Shown: positions 13,455 through 25,626, counted from the first letter of the stretch. The stretch: 64,000 bases of DNA from Flectonema sp. DT1601 (GCA_964019425.1 OZ025790.1:1364001-1428000), one strand, 5' to 3'. A program made the numbers and translations. The notes: generated by a model from the sequence alone, not told the origin.

Positions 13455-14104
13455 GGTTCTTTTCGTTAGTTATTATTATTATTATTATTGTTTTTTTTTC
13501 TCTCTTTTTTTTTTCTGTGTTAGTTTTTTTTTAATGTAAGACTTACTAAGTAAACGAAGGATGGCTCACACAAAGATGGTTGTCTCTAAAATGGTATAAA
13601 TAGCCATATTGACATAATATAATGGTGGCGTGTCAGCCGTCTCTTGCACTGCCTGCTTTGTAAAATCTGGTGAACACACGTCTGTGAGTCACGCGAATAA
13701 CTGGGCTTTCCCAGGGATTTTGACTTCCCTGACTTTGAAAAAAAAAAAAAAAAAAAAAGAAACCGAGTAATCCCGTTGTTGAGAGGGCAAACGCGATGAG
13801 TAGGACAGGTCTGACACCGCAGTGTCCCGCTTACTTTATTCGCTCCGAAGAAGTATTTCTTTTTTTTTTTTCGTTGTCCTCATGAACAGAATGCTCACAT
13901 TGTTATCGCCAATCCATCAGTGTGAAAACATTGCTAAAAAGATCCTTGAGTCTCACTTAGGGAATGAAATCAATACAGTCATTTACACAGTCTTTTTTTA
14001 TTAAATACCTGACCTGTTTGGATTTCTTTGAATTCATCGCCTGAGGAGGAGGAGGTGCTATAAATTAACTATTACTTTATTATCTTTTTAGGGTTTTAAC
14101 ATAT

Positions 14105-15377
14105 ATGTCCGAGTTAGACTTCAGTGTTCTGGGAACCAGCGTGTCTTGTGATGAGCGTCGCCCAACTGATTCAGGTGGTTCTTGGTGTACTGATTTCTCA
14201 GTAGACAAAGTAATCCTCAGGTTAGAGTTTGAAGGAAGATGTTTCTTTGATACGATTCGAATAATAAATAACAACGCCTCTCATATCGAGGTCAGGGGAG
14301 GTGAGAAGTCTAATTCACCGTGGTACGATTCTAGAAAGGTAGTAGAGAAAACATTACTTCGAAACATGTGGGACCATAAAACTAATAAAAATAACAACTC
14401 TACCAACTTATTAATATGTAGTAAGGAATTCTCTTATCAAGAATTACTAATTGGACTTTATAATAATTGGGAACCCCCATCTAGAATAGGCCTCGAGTCG
14501 TTTAGTATCAGAGGACGACTCGATGGGAATCCTCAGGAATATACTGCGTATTCACCTCCTGTTAAGAATGGACCGAAAATCGTAAATTCATCGGCTGGAC
14601 CAGATCCTGTCGTTGTTTCAGAAAGTAAGATTATGTCTGCATGGTGCTCACAACCATCGGAAGCTCGTATCGAACAGAAACGAAAAAATGAAATTACGTC
14701 GGATGTGAAAGTTAGTAAAATTAATACACCCCAAAGTCTTGATCTTCCGAAACCAAAACCGAAAACAATTTCGAACCCTACGGTACCAAATGTACAACAA
14801 ATCCCACCTCCTCCTCCGGGTAAACCTCTTGCGGGAGTCACAGTATGTGTTATTATTTCAAGTGTTGAAAATAATAATAATAAAAAAAGAAGAGAAGTAA
14901 TTCGTTCCTTCTTTCATTGTCATCCTTGACCTGAAACCTTTCCGACAAACATCTTTATACTTGTGTTCGGTACAAAAAAATGAATAAATAAAATATAATC
15001 AGATATGCTTATCAGGATATAAGAATCCAGAAAGGTCTAATCTCAGAGACCAGGCATTAAAATTAGGAGCGAAATGTGCTGATGACTGGTCGAATGTATG
15101 AATCTTTTCTCCCCTTTATTACGATTTTGTACCTTGTTGCGAACAAACAAAACGAAAAGTGTTGAGTAAAAAAAATACATGAAGACATTTAGCAAAACCA
15201 TAACAGGGAGGTACTCATCTAGTATGTGCTTATGCTAATACTCCAAAATATCTGGAAGTTGAAAAGGAAGGAAACGGTCACATTGTTACAAAGGATTGGA
15301 TCGGCGTGGCAGCTGCAAGTGGTTCGCGACCTAATGAATTACTTTATCAACTTCGTAAGAAGGGAAAGCCATACTAA
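14105..15377 (+). CDS. XRCC1: XRCC1-like DNA repair scaffold (N-terminal domain + BRCT), exons 14105-14842, 15003-15095, 15207-15377
   Basis: Spliced product LAGVTICLSGYKNPERSNLRDQALKLGAKCADDWSNGGTHLVCAYANTPKY...IVTKDWI matches XRCC1 BRCT1; NNNASHIEV matches the XRCC1 N-terminal motif. Confidence 0.85.
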
Positions 15378-15517
15378 AAACAACTCGCGTTTAGTTTTTT
15401 TTTTTTTTTTTTTTTTGATTCTGTCTACACGATAACGACGTTCTTGCAAAAACCTGCAATAATAATAATAATAATAATATCCCTTTTTTTATTTGGTTAT
15501 TTAAACCATGAAAAGGG

Positions 15518-15622
15518 GAGGGGGGGTTCGAGAGACCCCCAAATTACCATTTATATGGTGCGGGCTCACCGATCACCACCTCGCGAAAACAACACCAATC
15601 CGGTACCGGGACATCCTAACTA
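15518..15622 (+). mobile_element. Solo fragment related to the left TIR of the Sola2-like element
   Basis: TCACCACCTCGCGAAAA...AATCCGGTACCGGGACATCCT aligns with TCACCACCCCACGAAAA...AATCCGGTACTGGGGCATCCT at ~1773-1829. Confidence 0.55.
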
Positions 15623-15786
15623 CCCACTAGTTTCTTTGAACAATTACCGATATGTGACTACGATGCGGAATACATAACCACAATTGTTTTTTTTTTTTTG
15701 GTTTTTTTGTTCCATAAGTTTTTTTTCCCTTGCCCTTTTCAGGAGTTGCGCTAATCACTACTAAATAGATAGCGCACACCACAAAG

Positions 15787-18700
15787 ATGGCCCCGATGGA
15801 GGCGGCGAGAGATGTGCTGCTTAAGATGGATTCTGAAGACGCTATTCAAGTTCTAATTGACGTTGTTGGAAGGGTTGCTGTTTGGGATAAATTAATTGGA
15901 AGAGGTTTGGTTGAGAAATTATGTCTTCAAGATAAACAGTGTTGGTCATCAGCTTTAGAAGGAAGGGGATGGTGTGTGGAAGAAATGATTTCAATTGGTG
16001 TGAAGAAAAGATTTTCAAGAAGAGGATCACTCAACCACAAACCAGCTTTTTCTATAACAGTAGTACCTCCTCCAAAGAAGTCGTGTTATCGAAAGTGTAG
16101 TCCTTCTCCTACCCACGGCCTTCGAAGGTTATCAAGCAGATCAAAGTCACCTCCATCAAATAGATACGCTCGTAATAGAAGTGTATCTTGTGAAGTTCCT
16201 GTACGTTTTCACCTCGACAGCATGGCATCGTGTACTCTGGCTGCGCCTGTTCCCGCAAGAAAAAGAACAACAACACCACCTCCTTCATCATCAAAAAGAG
16301 AAATTCAAGTAAAAGAAAAAATACAAATGCTCAGAGACAAATATGGAGACGCCCCTCCTGCAGTCGGTGGTAAGGCTCCTCCAAAGATATCACCTCGAGT
16401 TCCGATCAGAAGGTGTAAGTCAGAGTTGTTATCTCCAACGCATTTGAGAGAAACCAGACGATCTGTTTCTGTGTATGTACAACCGAGTAAGCAAGCTACT
16501 GGGAAGTCCACTGCCGACCCTGTTCCAGATGTCGAGAAGCATCTCGTAGGGGCAGGCTTCTCTTCTTTTAAGAAAGAAAAGCCGAGTAAAGTATCACTCA
16601 CACCCTCTCCAGTCGTCTCATCAACGTTCAGTCCGACATCAATACCGTACTACAGTGAAAGTAGTATGAGTCCTGTTCAGTTGCCTCATTCTGAGGGGGA
16701 AGAAGAAATACTGTCTCCGATATTGTCACCAACAGGCGTTCCAAATGGGATTAAAAAAATGCAGACTAGCTCTCCAGCAATCACCGGCGTACCGAAATCT
16801 GTTAAGAAATTAGCTAGTAGAGATAGGCTTCCTTCAAGTAGTCCTGTCCGTACCCCGGCCAGAACTAATCTTTCGGCAAGAAAACAACCCAGAAGAACAC
16901 CAACGTCTCCGATAATGAACGCGGCTATGGTTTCTCGTCCGCTTTCGCAGTCGTCTCCGGAAATAAGAAGTAACGGATCCGGGACTCGAACTGAACGAGT
17001 TCAGAGGAATAGTCCTCAGATGGCACCTGTTGAAGTTCAATCTGATGACGATTCTCAAGTAGTTGGTAGCAGTCAAGACACTGAACAGATTCCCGAATAT
17101 CAAATTCCTGTTAGGGCTCGAAGCCCTCCATTGCAACCTTCCGCTGCTGCAGAAAGCATTCCGCCTTACCAAACTCCAACGAAGTCTTCGCAATCAAAAT
17201 CTCTGCCTCTAAGATCGAGCCCTCCAGCAAGACCTGCACACGAACCGATTCCATCGTATCAAAGCCCAAGTAAAACCCTAAGCCCGCCATCAAAACCTTC
17301 TGATACCCGGATTCGATCTGGACAACAAAGTCCCCCAGCTGGACCAAGCAAATCACCTACAAATCAGAGCCCTCCGCTAAAACCCTCGCCGTCAGCATTC
17401 GACAGAGTAAGCCTAGCACAGAGCCCTCCATCACAACCGCAGAACTCAAAACCCAGCGATGTCGGAGCTCTAGCTGGAGCCGCAAAGCCCGTCGAGGCCA
17501 AGGCACAGCCCTCAAGAAGTCCACCATTAAAAGCATCTGACGGAGTGAACGAAATAAGTCGAGCACAGAGCCCTCCAATACAACCGCAGAAATCAAAACC
17601 CAGCGACGCCGGGACTCGAACTGGAACCGCGAAACTTGTCGAGGCCGCTTCAAGAAGCCCGCCATTAAAAGCATCTGACGGAGAGAAAGTAGTAGTAAGT
17701 CGAGCACAGAGCCCTCCAGCGCAACCGCAGAAAGCAAAGTCCAGCGACGCCGGGACTCGAACTGGAACCGCAAAATCCGTCGGGGCCAATGCACAGTCAT
17801 CAAGGCATGAAAGCCCTCCTGCGACGCGATCCGGAACCGTGCAGCCCTCAAGGCAAAACCCGTCTTTGAAATCCCCACCTTCACAGCCGGTATCCGACGG
17901 AGCGAAAGTAGCAAGTCGAGCACAGAGCCCTCCGGCACAACCACAGAAATCAAAACCTAACGACATCGGGAATCGTACTGGAACCACAAAACCCGTCGAA
18001 GTCAGAGACCAAAATTCAAGGCATCAGAGCCCTCCTGCAACTCGAACTGCAAAACCTGTCGAGCTCAAGGCACAGCCCTTAAGAAGCCCGCCATTAATAG
18101 CATCTGACGGAATGAAAGTAGTAGTAAGTCGAGCACAGAGCCCTCCAGCGCAACCGCAGAAATCAAAACCCAGCGACGCCGGGACTCGAACTGGAACCAC
18201 GAAACCCGTCGAAGTCAAAAACCAACCCTCAAGGCATCAGAGCCCTCCTGCAACTCGAACTGGAACCGCAAAACCTGTCGAGTCCGCTTCAAGAAGTCAG
18301 CCATTAAAAGCATCTGACAGAGTGAACGAAGTAAGTAGAACACGGAGCCCTCCAATACAACCGCGGAAATCAAAATCAAGTGACGTCAAAGTCAATGCGC
18401 AGCCCTCAAGCCATCCATCGCAATCAAAGTCTGAGTCGGATGTGAAAAAGATACCGACAAAGAGTGTGACCAGTCCGACTAACGAAGAGTTAGAGATTGT
18501 AATTGAATTACCGATGATGGACGGTCTGGGTGAAGCTGTTGGATCGACACCTCCGATGGCACAAACGACGGTACCAATTGGAATTAAAGAAGATGTGAAA
18601 AATATTGTTTCGCCAAAAAACTTTCCAACATCACCTACAATGACTGCAGGAAAGGTGAAAAAACCAAACTCTCCTACGGTGGTAAGAGCTAAAAGCCCAC

Positions 18701-19365
18701 CTAAAGCAGCAAGAAAAACATCACCGACAAGAAGAGCGGCTACCCCAAAACAAGTTTGTATTACTCCACCGACACTGACAAGTGTTGATGACGAAGTTGA
18801 TACTCCGATAGAGACATTTATACTACCGGAGGCGGAATTACAAGACGACGACGACGACGCAATTAGATGCGTACCTCAACAAAGTAACAAAACAGTTTGC
18901 AGCAGTGTTGCTGATGATATGGTCGACAGCTCTATAAGCGATTTCAAAATTACGTTCGTTGACACTCCCATTGAGACCGGTCTCAATGATTCAATAAAAA
19001 TGTACGACAGCAGTGAAGAAATCGGAGATTTCGCAGCAAAGTCTGGAAGCAGTAAAAAAAACACACCTCCAATGACTGCGATAAATATCAACGTTGTGAG
19101 TCAGAAGAGAAACAGTACGATTCCACCTCTCACGTTGGGTAATTTAAGTGCCGTAATGAAACCAGAAATTGATTCTGCTAACTTCCTCAACATTCCTGGT
19201 TTTGTTAAACGAAAACCATCCAGTTCAGCAGTCAGTAATTGCGACAGCGATCGCTCTCACTATGACATGCCTCCACTTTCTCCAATGCCGTCAATGATGC
19301 GTGTAGACGGTTCTGCTCCGCCGATGAGCCCACTTTTAGGACCTCTGGATTCACCTCCTCCATAA
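15787..19365 (+). CDS. Ser/Pro-rich, probably disordered protein with internal repeats (1192 aa)
   Basis: Long ORF; many SP motifs; recurring RAQSPPAQPQKSKPSDAGTRTGT / SPPLKASDG modules. Confidence 0.75.
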   Translation: MAPMEAARDVLLKMDSEDAIQVLIDVVGRVAVWDKLIGRGLVEKLCLQDKQCWSSALEGRGWCVEEMISIGVKKRFSRRGSLNHKPAFSITVVPPPKKSCYRKCSPSPTHGLRRLSSRSKSPPSNRYARNRSVSCEVPVRFHLDSMASCTLAAPVPARKRTTTPPPSSSKREIQVKEKIQMLRDKYGDAPPAVGGKAPPKISPRVPIRRCKSELLSPTHLRETRRSVSVYVQPSKQATGKSTADPVPDVEKHLVGAGFSSFKKEKPSKVSLTPSPVVSSTFSPTSIPYYSESSMSPVQLPHSEGEEEILSPILSPTGVPNGIKKMQTSSPAITGVPKSVKKLASRDRLPSSSPVRTPARTNLSARKQPRRTPTSPIMNAAMVSRPLSQSSPEIRSNGSGTRTERVQRNSPQMAPVEVQSDDDSQVVGSSQDTEQIPEYQIPVRARSPPLQPSAAAESIPPYQTPTKSSQSKSLPLRSSPPARPAHEPIPSYQSPSKTLSPPSKPSDTRIRSGQQSPPAGPSKSPTNQSPPLKPSPSAFDRVSLAQSPPSQPQNSKPSDVGALAGAAKPVEAKAQPSRSPPLKASDGVNEISRAQSPPIQPQKSKPSDAGTRTGTAKLVEAASRSPPLKASDGEKVVVSRAQSPPAQPQKAKSSDAGTRTGTAKSVGANAQSSRHESPPATRSGTVQPSRQNPSLKSPPSQPVSDGAKVASRAQSPPAQPQKSKPNDIGNRTGTTKPVEVRDQNSRHQSPPATRTAKPVELKAQPLRSPPLIASDGMKVVVSRAQSPPAQPQKSKPSDAGTRTGTTKPVEVKNQPSRHQSPPATRTGTAKPVESASRSQPLKASDRVNEVSRTRSPPIQPRKSKSSDVKVNAQPSSHPSQSKSESDVKKIPTKSVTSPTNEELEIVIELPMMDGLGEAVGSTPPMAQTTVPIGIKEDVKNIVSPKNFPTSPTMTAGKVKKPNSPTVVRAKSPPKAARKTSPTRRAATPKQVCITPPTLTSVDDEVDTPIETFILPEAELQDDDDDAIRCVPQQSNKTVCSSVADDMVDSSISDFKITFVDTPIETGLNDSIKMYDSSEEIGDFAAKSGSSKKNTPPMTAININVVSQKRNSTIPPLTLGNLSAVMKPEIDSANFLNIPGFVKRKPSSSAVSNCDSDRSHYDMPPLSPMPSMMRVDGSAPPMSPLLGPLDSPPP
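17380..18380 (+). repeat. Coding imperfect tandem repeat, about six AQSPP-containing modules
   Basis: Recurrent GCACAGAGCCCTCC...CAACCGCAGAAATCAAAACCCAGCGACGCCGGGACTCGAACTGGAACC. Confidence 0.85.
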
Positions 19366-19846
19366 AATATGGAAAATAGTAAAAGAAAGCGCACCTCCTA
19401 CAAAAGACTTCCTCAACACTTGTGGGTACTCAGTAATTGCGACAGCGATCACCCTCACTTTGCTACCTCCAATGATGTGTGGAAACAGTTCGTGTGTTTC
19501 ACCACCTCTGGATTCATCTCCTTTCTTAGGGATAACTTTGAGATCGTTTTTTTTTTTTTTTTTTTTTTTGAAAAAAAGAAGCGATATTTTACCGTCGCTA
19601 ACTACTACCACTAGTTACGCCGCAGGTAGTCAAGTTTTGAAGTGAGCTGTTTTTTTTTTTTTTTCTTTGCCTTGTGAATATTAATAACTGGTAGCCACCA
19701 ATCTAGCGATGGAAGGAGGAGGTCTTGTGATATACACTATGGTTTAACCTGAGAGTTTGTTCAAAAAAAAAAAATAGACACCCAGAAATCACACTTGCGT
19801 ACAATAGAGAATAGTGCTGGAGTGTGTATTGCAGCAAGCCTCGTCA

Positions 19847-19878
<32 letters not shown>

Positions 19879-20241
19879 TGTTTGTTTGTTTTTTCCCAAA
19901 CCGGATGTACAAAAAAAAAAAATAACTGTGTAATTGTTTTTTTTCTTCCAAAGAAAGAGAACAAAACCTCACTACTAAAGTATTTTAATTTTTTTGTAGT
20001 GATACCACATGTTTAACTAACCCTTTCACTTGTTTTTTTTTTTTTTTTTTTTTTTTGATGATGACGATGATATGTCTGAATCGATGAACCCCTGTGCCTT
20101 ATTGTAAAGGTATCGGACACGTTAGGTATATTCAAATAAAAAAAAAAAAAAAAAAAAAAACCTTAACTATTTGTTATTTTTCTTTCTTTCTTTTTTTCTT
20201 TTTCTTTCTCACCTTTTATGCTCTCGTTTAAGAGCAGCAGC

Positions 20242-20273
<32 letters not shown>

Positions 20274-20831
20274 CTTCATTGGAAATAAAGCATTCCCCCT
20301 AAGGAGGAAAAAGAAAATAAATACTACTTTTTTTTTTTTTTTTTTAAAAATATTTTTTTATTTTGTTATGTTTAGTTCTGTTGTGAAAATGTTCATAGAC
20401 TGTTTCTTGTCTGCGAACGGGTTGGCGCTTCTTGTAGTAGTTTTTCTGCCCCAGTATACATACAAAAAAAAAAAAAAAAAAAAAATAGAGGCAAAGAGAG
20501 GAGAATAGTGATACTCTGTAAACCGTAACATCACTTCACTGTATCCTTAACAGATAGTTTAAAAAAAAAAAAAAAAAATGCATCGTTTGCATCATTATAA
20601 TTATGTTAATATGATACAACACAGTTTGTATTCTTACAAAAAAAATCAAACTAATTTATCTCCCCCCTTCGCATCTTATACTTTCTACATTTATTGTAGA
20701 AGAGTGCTCCACTAGTAGTGCGCTACGAACTAGTAACAACAAGAAGAATGTTTTTATATATAAACATTATAACAAAGTAACTACATCCTAGTCTTGCTAA
20801 CTAAGATGCTTCAGTCACAACAGATGATTGA

Positions 20832-20900
20832 CTTACTTCTACACCATAACTGATGATGAGAGAATAGAGGTAAGAGGTATATGGATTACTCTCGAAACCT
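20832..20900 (+). ncRNA. Candidate hammerhead ribozyme with non-canonical strand order (family B)
   Basis: P0 CTTACTTCT 20832-40 / AGAGGTAAG 20866-74; stem I CCATA 20844-48 / TATGG 20880-84; CTGATGA 20850-56; stem II GAGAG-AAT 20858-65 / ATT-A-CTCTC 20885-93; GAAA 20894-97; stem III ACCT 20897-900 / AGGT 20875-78; GUA site at 20879; single extra bases at 20849 and 20857. Confidence 0.65.
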
Positions 20901-22068
20901 AAATAGTTACTTTAAAAGGCTAAGTTAAGCATCACACCTAGTCACTGTATCTCAGAACTAATGTTAAATTATCGTTATGTTGTCTATGATACAATGCATT
21001 TGTATTTTACGTACAAAATCAAACAGTTAACCCCCCTTCGCATGGAATTCTTACATGGCAAAGCAGGTTTTCTTTTAACCCGAACCAAATTTCTTTTTAG
21101 TTTTTTTCTTTTAGCTAGTTGTTTTTTTTTTTTTTTTTTTTTTTTGACTTACGTACCTCTACCAGTTAACTTACGAAGAAGAACCTGGGAAAAAAAAAAA
21201 AAAGAATGTCTCCGTGGTGGTTTGTGAAATCATTCAATATCTGGGCTGGTGCTGAGAAGTGCCTGTCTTTGTGGGTGTCGGTAGCCCCATGAGGACAACG
21301 TTCTCTGTGAGACACAAAAAAAAAAATCATTTTTTTCTTTTTCTCCTTTCCTTTTTTTGACAATAAATGGAGGACTTTTTTTTTTTTTTTTTTTTGCGAT
21401 GATAATCCTTTATTCACCAATCACATTGAAGTGACCTTTTCTTTTTTTATAGGTATATTTGCTTATAAAAAAAACTAACCAAAAAAAAAAAAGTCAGTAG
21501 CAAAAAGTATTTAAAAAAAAAAAAAAAGTCAGGTCTCTTCAATGAGTGACAGCTTGCCCCTGTCTGAAAACATACACGTTAGTGAACTTATTTTTATGTA
21601 GAGAATGAGAGAGGAGGGGAGGGGAAAAAAAAAAAAAAAACCCATTTGGCGGCTTGAGTCCCAATGATTTAACATGTGTTTTGTTATAAAGTATTAACTT
21701 GTTTTTTCTGTGTAGTTTTTTCGCCTTGTGTTATTTATTTTTTTTTTTTTTCATCCCTCACAAAGAAGAAAAATCATAATGTAGAGTTCCCAACGATCAT
21801 GCAGGGAGTGTGTAGCATTACCTTTAGTAAATTGTATCACAAACTTACTGATTTTTTTTTCCTCCTTTTTTTTTTTTTTTTTGATACAACCCGCCGGTCC
21901 ACCGGGCTCACGGCTATTTGAGTAATTGAATAACTTGATAACTGAATGACAACACGGAAAAAGAGATGTGTATGCAGCTAAGTTAGAAATATTAATTATA
22001 TCTGCTGTGTTTACATTCATGTTTCAGGGTGTCATTTTGTTTTTTTAAAAAAAATAAAATAAAATAAA

Positions 22069-23209
22069 ATGGTCAAATCATTAAATAAAAAGGCGAAGAG
22101 AATCCTTCTCACTCGACAGAAAATAAAGGACGCTCGTCCGCAGGGTAAGCAATCAGCTGAGAGTATGTTTTTTTTTTTGTTTTTTTTATAAATCTCCGTA
22201 ACCTTTTTTATTTTTTGCGTGACTGCCTGCGGCCATGGATTGCGTGGCCGGCAATCGCAGAGTTCCCATCCGCCACCAGGGCTCGGATGCCACCACCTCG
22301 GTCAAATTATCGCTCGTGTTTCAGCCGAGTAGGACAATAGCAGCCTGAGCCACAAGTGCTACACACATTAATTGGGGACGCTCGTCCTCTTTCAGCACCA
22401 TCCGGAGTGTTTGGGTTGACACCAAGCATTTTGTCGGGAGAAAAATAGATAACATTAAGACCTGAATAGTTTCTCCGTCTTCTTCGATGAAAAAAATGAA
22501 ATAAAATAAACTGCATCCTTTTTTTTTAAATTTTCTTTTATTTATATTATTATTATAAACCAAATCCCAATCAGCAAAAGCACTTCTAAAAGCGTCTGAA
22601 GAACTCGCTGCTAGTGGCAGTTCCAAAATCAAGTACAGAGGAAAAGCAAAAAAAGCAGCGACTAAAACCGTTGACGTCAGGGAAATATTAAAGCAAAAAC
22701 CATTAATACAGGGTGGAGGTGAGTTTGGAAAAGGGGTGGTGAATGAAAAAGTAAAAAACCTAATCAAGGAGACAACGGAGAAACAAATAATCTTAAAAAC
22801 TGCCCCGATGTCCAGATTGAAGAGAAAAGCAAAAAATGAATCAGAAATTGAACACTTTGGACATGTATTGAATTGTGATGAGTTTCAGAAGGATCCGTCT
22901 GCGGCTATCTTGCTGCACATTGAATCGACTGTCAATCCGCTAAAAATCGCAACAGGTAAGAACAGATACGACCCTGGAACCTATCGACTAGCTAAAAACA
23001 AAGAAAGAGCTGAAACACTTAAGAAAACTGGTTCCGCTGCAGCTCAGGCATCTCAACTTACATCATTCCAGTCAAATCTGATTGGGGGATCAAAACACAC
23101 ACCATACACTCCAAGAACAGCGAAAAAACCATCTTCAAAATCTAGTGGAAGAAAGGCAGGAGGAGGTGGAATAAAAATGGCAAACAAAACGTGGCTTAAA
23201 AATGATTGA
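22069..23209 (+). CDS. SLX9/FAM207A-like ribosome biogenesis protein, exons 22069-22162 and 22575-23209
   Basis: GTATGT...CAG phase-1 intron joins a basic N-terminus to the downstream frame; ESEIEHFGHVLNCDEFQKDPSAAILLHI resembles the SLX9 motif. Confidence 0.6.
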
Positions 23210-24932
23210 TAAAAACAAAAAAAACAAAAATGAACAAAATGAAATTATTTCAGTCAGCTACAGAAATCCATCTCATTCGTAGAAGCAATTGCCATGCAAA
23301 TGCCGTGAAATGTCAATCGAGGCTTTTCTTCATAAAAAGATTCATCGTTCCTTCATTTGTAATCTTACAATAACAGAAAGAGGGAGAGAGACACATTTGT
23401 AGAAATATTGAGGTAATCAGGTGTTGGTAATTGAGATGTTATCAGTCATCATTTATATTTTATTTAGGTTTTTTTAGTCATCAAATTCTAAGGTAACCAC
23501 TATCTGAATTGTTTTGGGAAATTTTTTTTTTTTAATTTTTTTTTTTTTTTAAACTTGTCAGCAATCTGCAATCCACCCCATCATGTGATGAAGTGTACTG
23601 AGGCTCTCCCTTTTGTGACAACAACTCATCATGGCCAGATGTTCCAGATAGCAATCTGAAACTGTTTTGTGTTTGAATATTTAAGTACCTGGCTGTTGAC
23701 CGTTTTCACGCAGATTATCACCTTTTCCTTTTTCTCTCTCCTAGGTTTCTTCTTTTAGTAGTAAAATGTGCTACGTTAACATATCTCGAGTGGTGATTCA
23801 CGCTCAGCGTCGGAATCTAATTAAACTGTTTTTGAGTTGAATTATATCAAATTAAAGCAACTTCATATTAATACACATGTTTATTTACAGTCGTTTGCTG
23901 CGCTGCCGCTGACAGTTAAAATTATCCAAGAGATTGTCGTTCCTTTTGAGATTGATAATACGGTTATCAGTTTTACCCAACTCGTGTGTTTTTGAGTACG
24001 TAATAGCATTATTAGTATCTCTCTCTGAGCATTTTTGACGCTCAGCAAAGGAGGTCGTTTTTGTTGCTTTTGTTAGTTGTCATCCTTGAGAAGTTAATAT
24101 CCGTAACTGTTCAAAGGAAGTGTTTTACAGGAAATCACAACCACAGAATATGTTGCACTATTCAGGAATCGAAAGCTGCTTTTCAGGGTTTTCCTTATTA
24201 CTTTACGATTGTTGCCGCCGTTTTGAACACTTCAGCAATTTTAATAAATATTTTTTGTTTTTCAGTAGATTACTAAAAAAAAGAGAAACGAATAAAGCAA
24301 CAATGCAAGTTTTTGTGACGTGTCCGGATTTGGGATTCCCTGCGGTGTCAGTCACAGTTGGTGCTGATTCTGTTGTGAGCGACGTGTTGACGACAGCGGC
24401 TGACGAGTGGGATGTCGATGCGGATAAAGTTGAACTGTCGTTCGCTGGTGATGCCCTTTGCGAAAGTAAGCGGTTAGTAGATTATGGAGTGGGTGCAAAC
24501 AGCGAGTTGGAAATACGAAAGAAGCTGGTTCGGATCTTCTGTAAAAACTGGTTTGTTGATGATAGAAAAAGGGAGAAGCTGCTTCTTTGGATGAAAGACC
24601 ACATTACGGAGGATTTATGTCTGGACACTCCCACATTCTCAGAAGATGGTTGCCTCACTATTGACAAAGGGTTGCTTCCTTCAGATGCCAAACGGATTTC
24701 CTTCCGCTATTCAAATTCCAACAGCACGCAGGTCATTTCACAAGTTACTTCTATTGGAGATATAGGTGTTTACAAATCACTTCTCTTGACCTTTCCGGTC
24801 TTAGTGGTGTCACCAGTATTGGAAGTAATTTCTTGTATAAGTGTTTACACGTCACTTCTGTTGAGTTTTCAGGTCTTAGTGGTGTTTCTAGTATTGGAGA
24901 TCATTTCTTGTCTGAGTGTTCACAAATCACTT

Positions 24933-25005
24933 GGGTAACGAAACTCGGATAGCGCGCCTCCTCGTGGTGTTGCCTGGATGCACCTTGTGTGTAACTAGAG
25001 TGCTG
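24933..25005 (+). ncRNA. HDV-like self-cleaving ribozyme
   Basis: P1 GGGTAAC 24933-39 / GTTGCCT 24969-75 with G1-U wobble; P2 AGCGC 24951-55 / GTGCT 25000-04; P3 GCC/GGT; L3 TCCTCGT; P1.1 CC / GG 24976-77; P4 TGCAC/GTGTA; candidate catalytic C24995 in J4/2 CTAGA. Confidence 0.85.
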
Positions 25006-25626
25006 ACGTATTGTTGTTGCTGTGTATTCTTTTACCCCCGTTTTATTTTCCGGTAGCCTGACCTTTAAAAAAAAAGGACAACATAGCAGAAGGTCAGGTG
25101 ATCCGGCCCGGGATACTCAGGCACCCAGAGCTCACAGGGGCCACCGGGTTTTTATTTTTTCCTTAGTGGCATGATTTCCCTTTACCCCCATTTCCTTCAA
25201 ACTTCCCCCGTTTAGTCTTTTCACGCATGGGGGGATTATAAGTTCAGGTCGCCTGAAATGTATTAACAGTATCAGCCCCGCGAGTTACTCGGGGAGCTCC
25301 CATGCAATGTGTGGAGAAAGAGGCCATCCCTCCCCCTACCTCTCTGCTTTACTACGTCGTTTTTTGTGTGTGGCATTTCTTTTCTTATATTCTTTTCTTT
25401 TCAATCTTGTTCCTTCACACGCAGTTGTTCGAGCGGTTGTGAACCACCTTGGGTCTCTTACGGTCTCCAAGCTACTGTTGTGCGAAGAAACAAATCTGTT
25501 GGTGCGGTGGCCTTCCGACGCCACCTGGACCGCAACTCGTTCACAGTGCCCTACCCGGTTCTCCACCGGACCGCCTGAGCGACGGGATCCATGGGATTCA
25601 AACCCCTAAACACTGGTTAATTTAAT
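24933..25626 (+). mobile_element. Short non-autonomous non-LTR retroposon (SIDE/RIME-like) with a 5' HDV-like ribozyme
   Basis: Absent from the paralogous locus; flanked by AATCACTT (24925-32, 25635-42), extendable to TGTTCA(CA/AC)AATCACTT; starts at the ribozyme G+1; ends in a TTAATTTAAT tail; 3' boundary uncertain (25626-25634). Confidence 0.75.

Noticed and set aside
17357..18218. Minus-strand ORFs of up to 207 aa
   Set aside because: Antisense to the repeat region of the 1192-aa gene
22216..22385. RNase MRP/P RNA, SRP RNA or AGA-box RNA in the SLX9-like intron
   Set aside because: Only a 6-bp P4-like pairing and loose motif resemblance; AGA-to-pocket spacing is wrong
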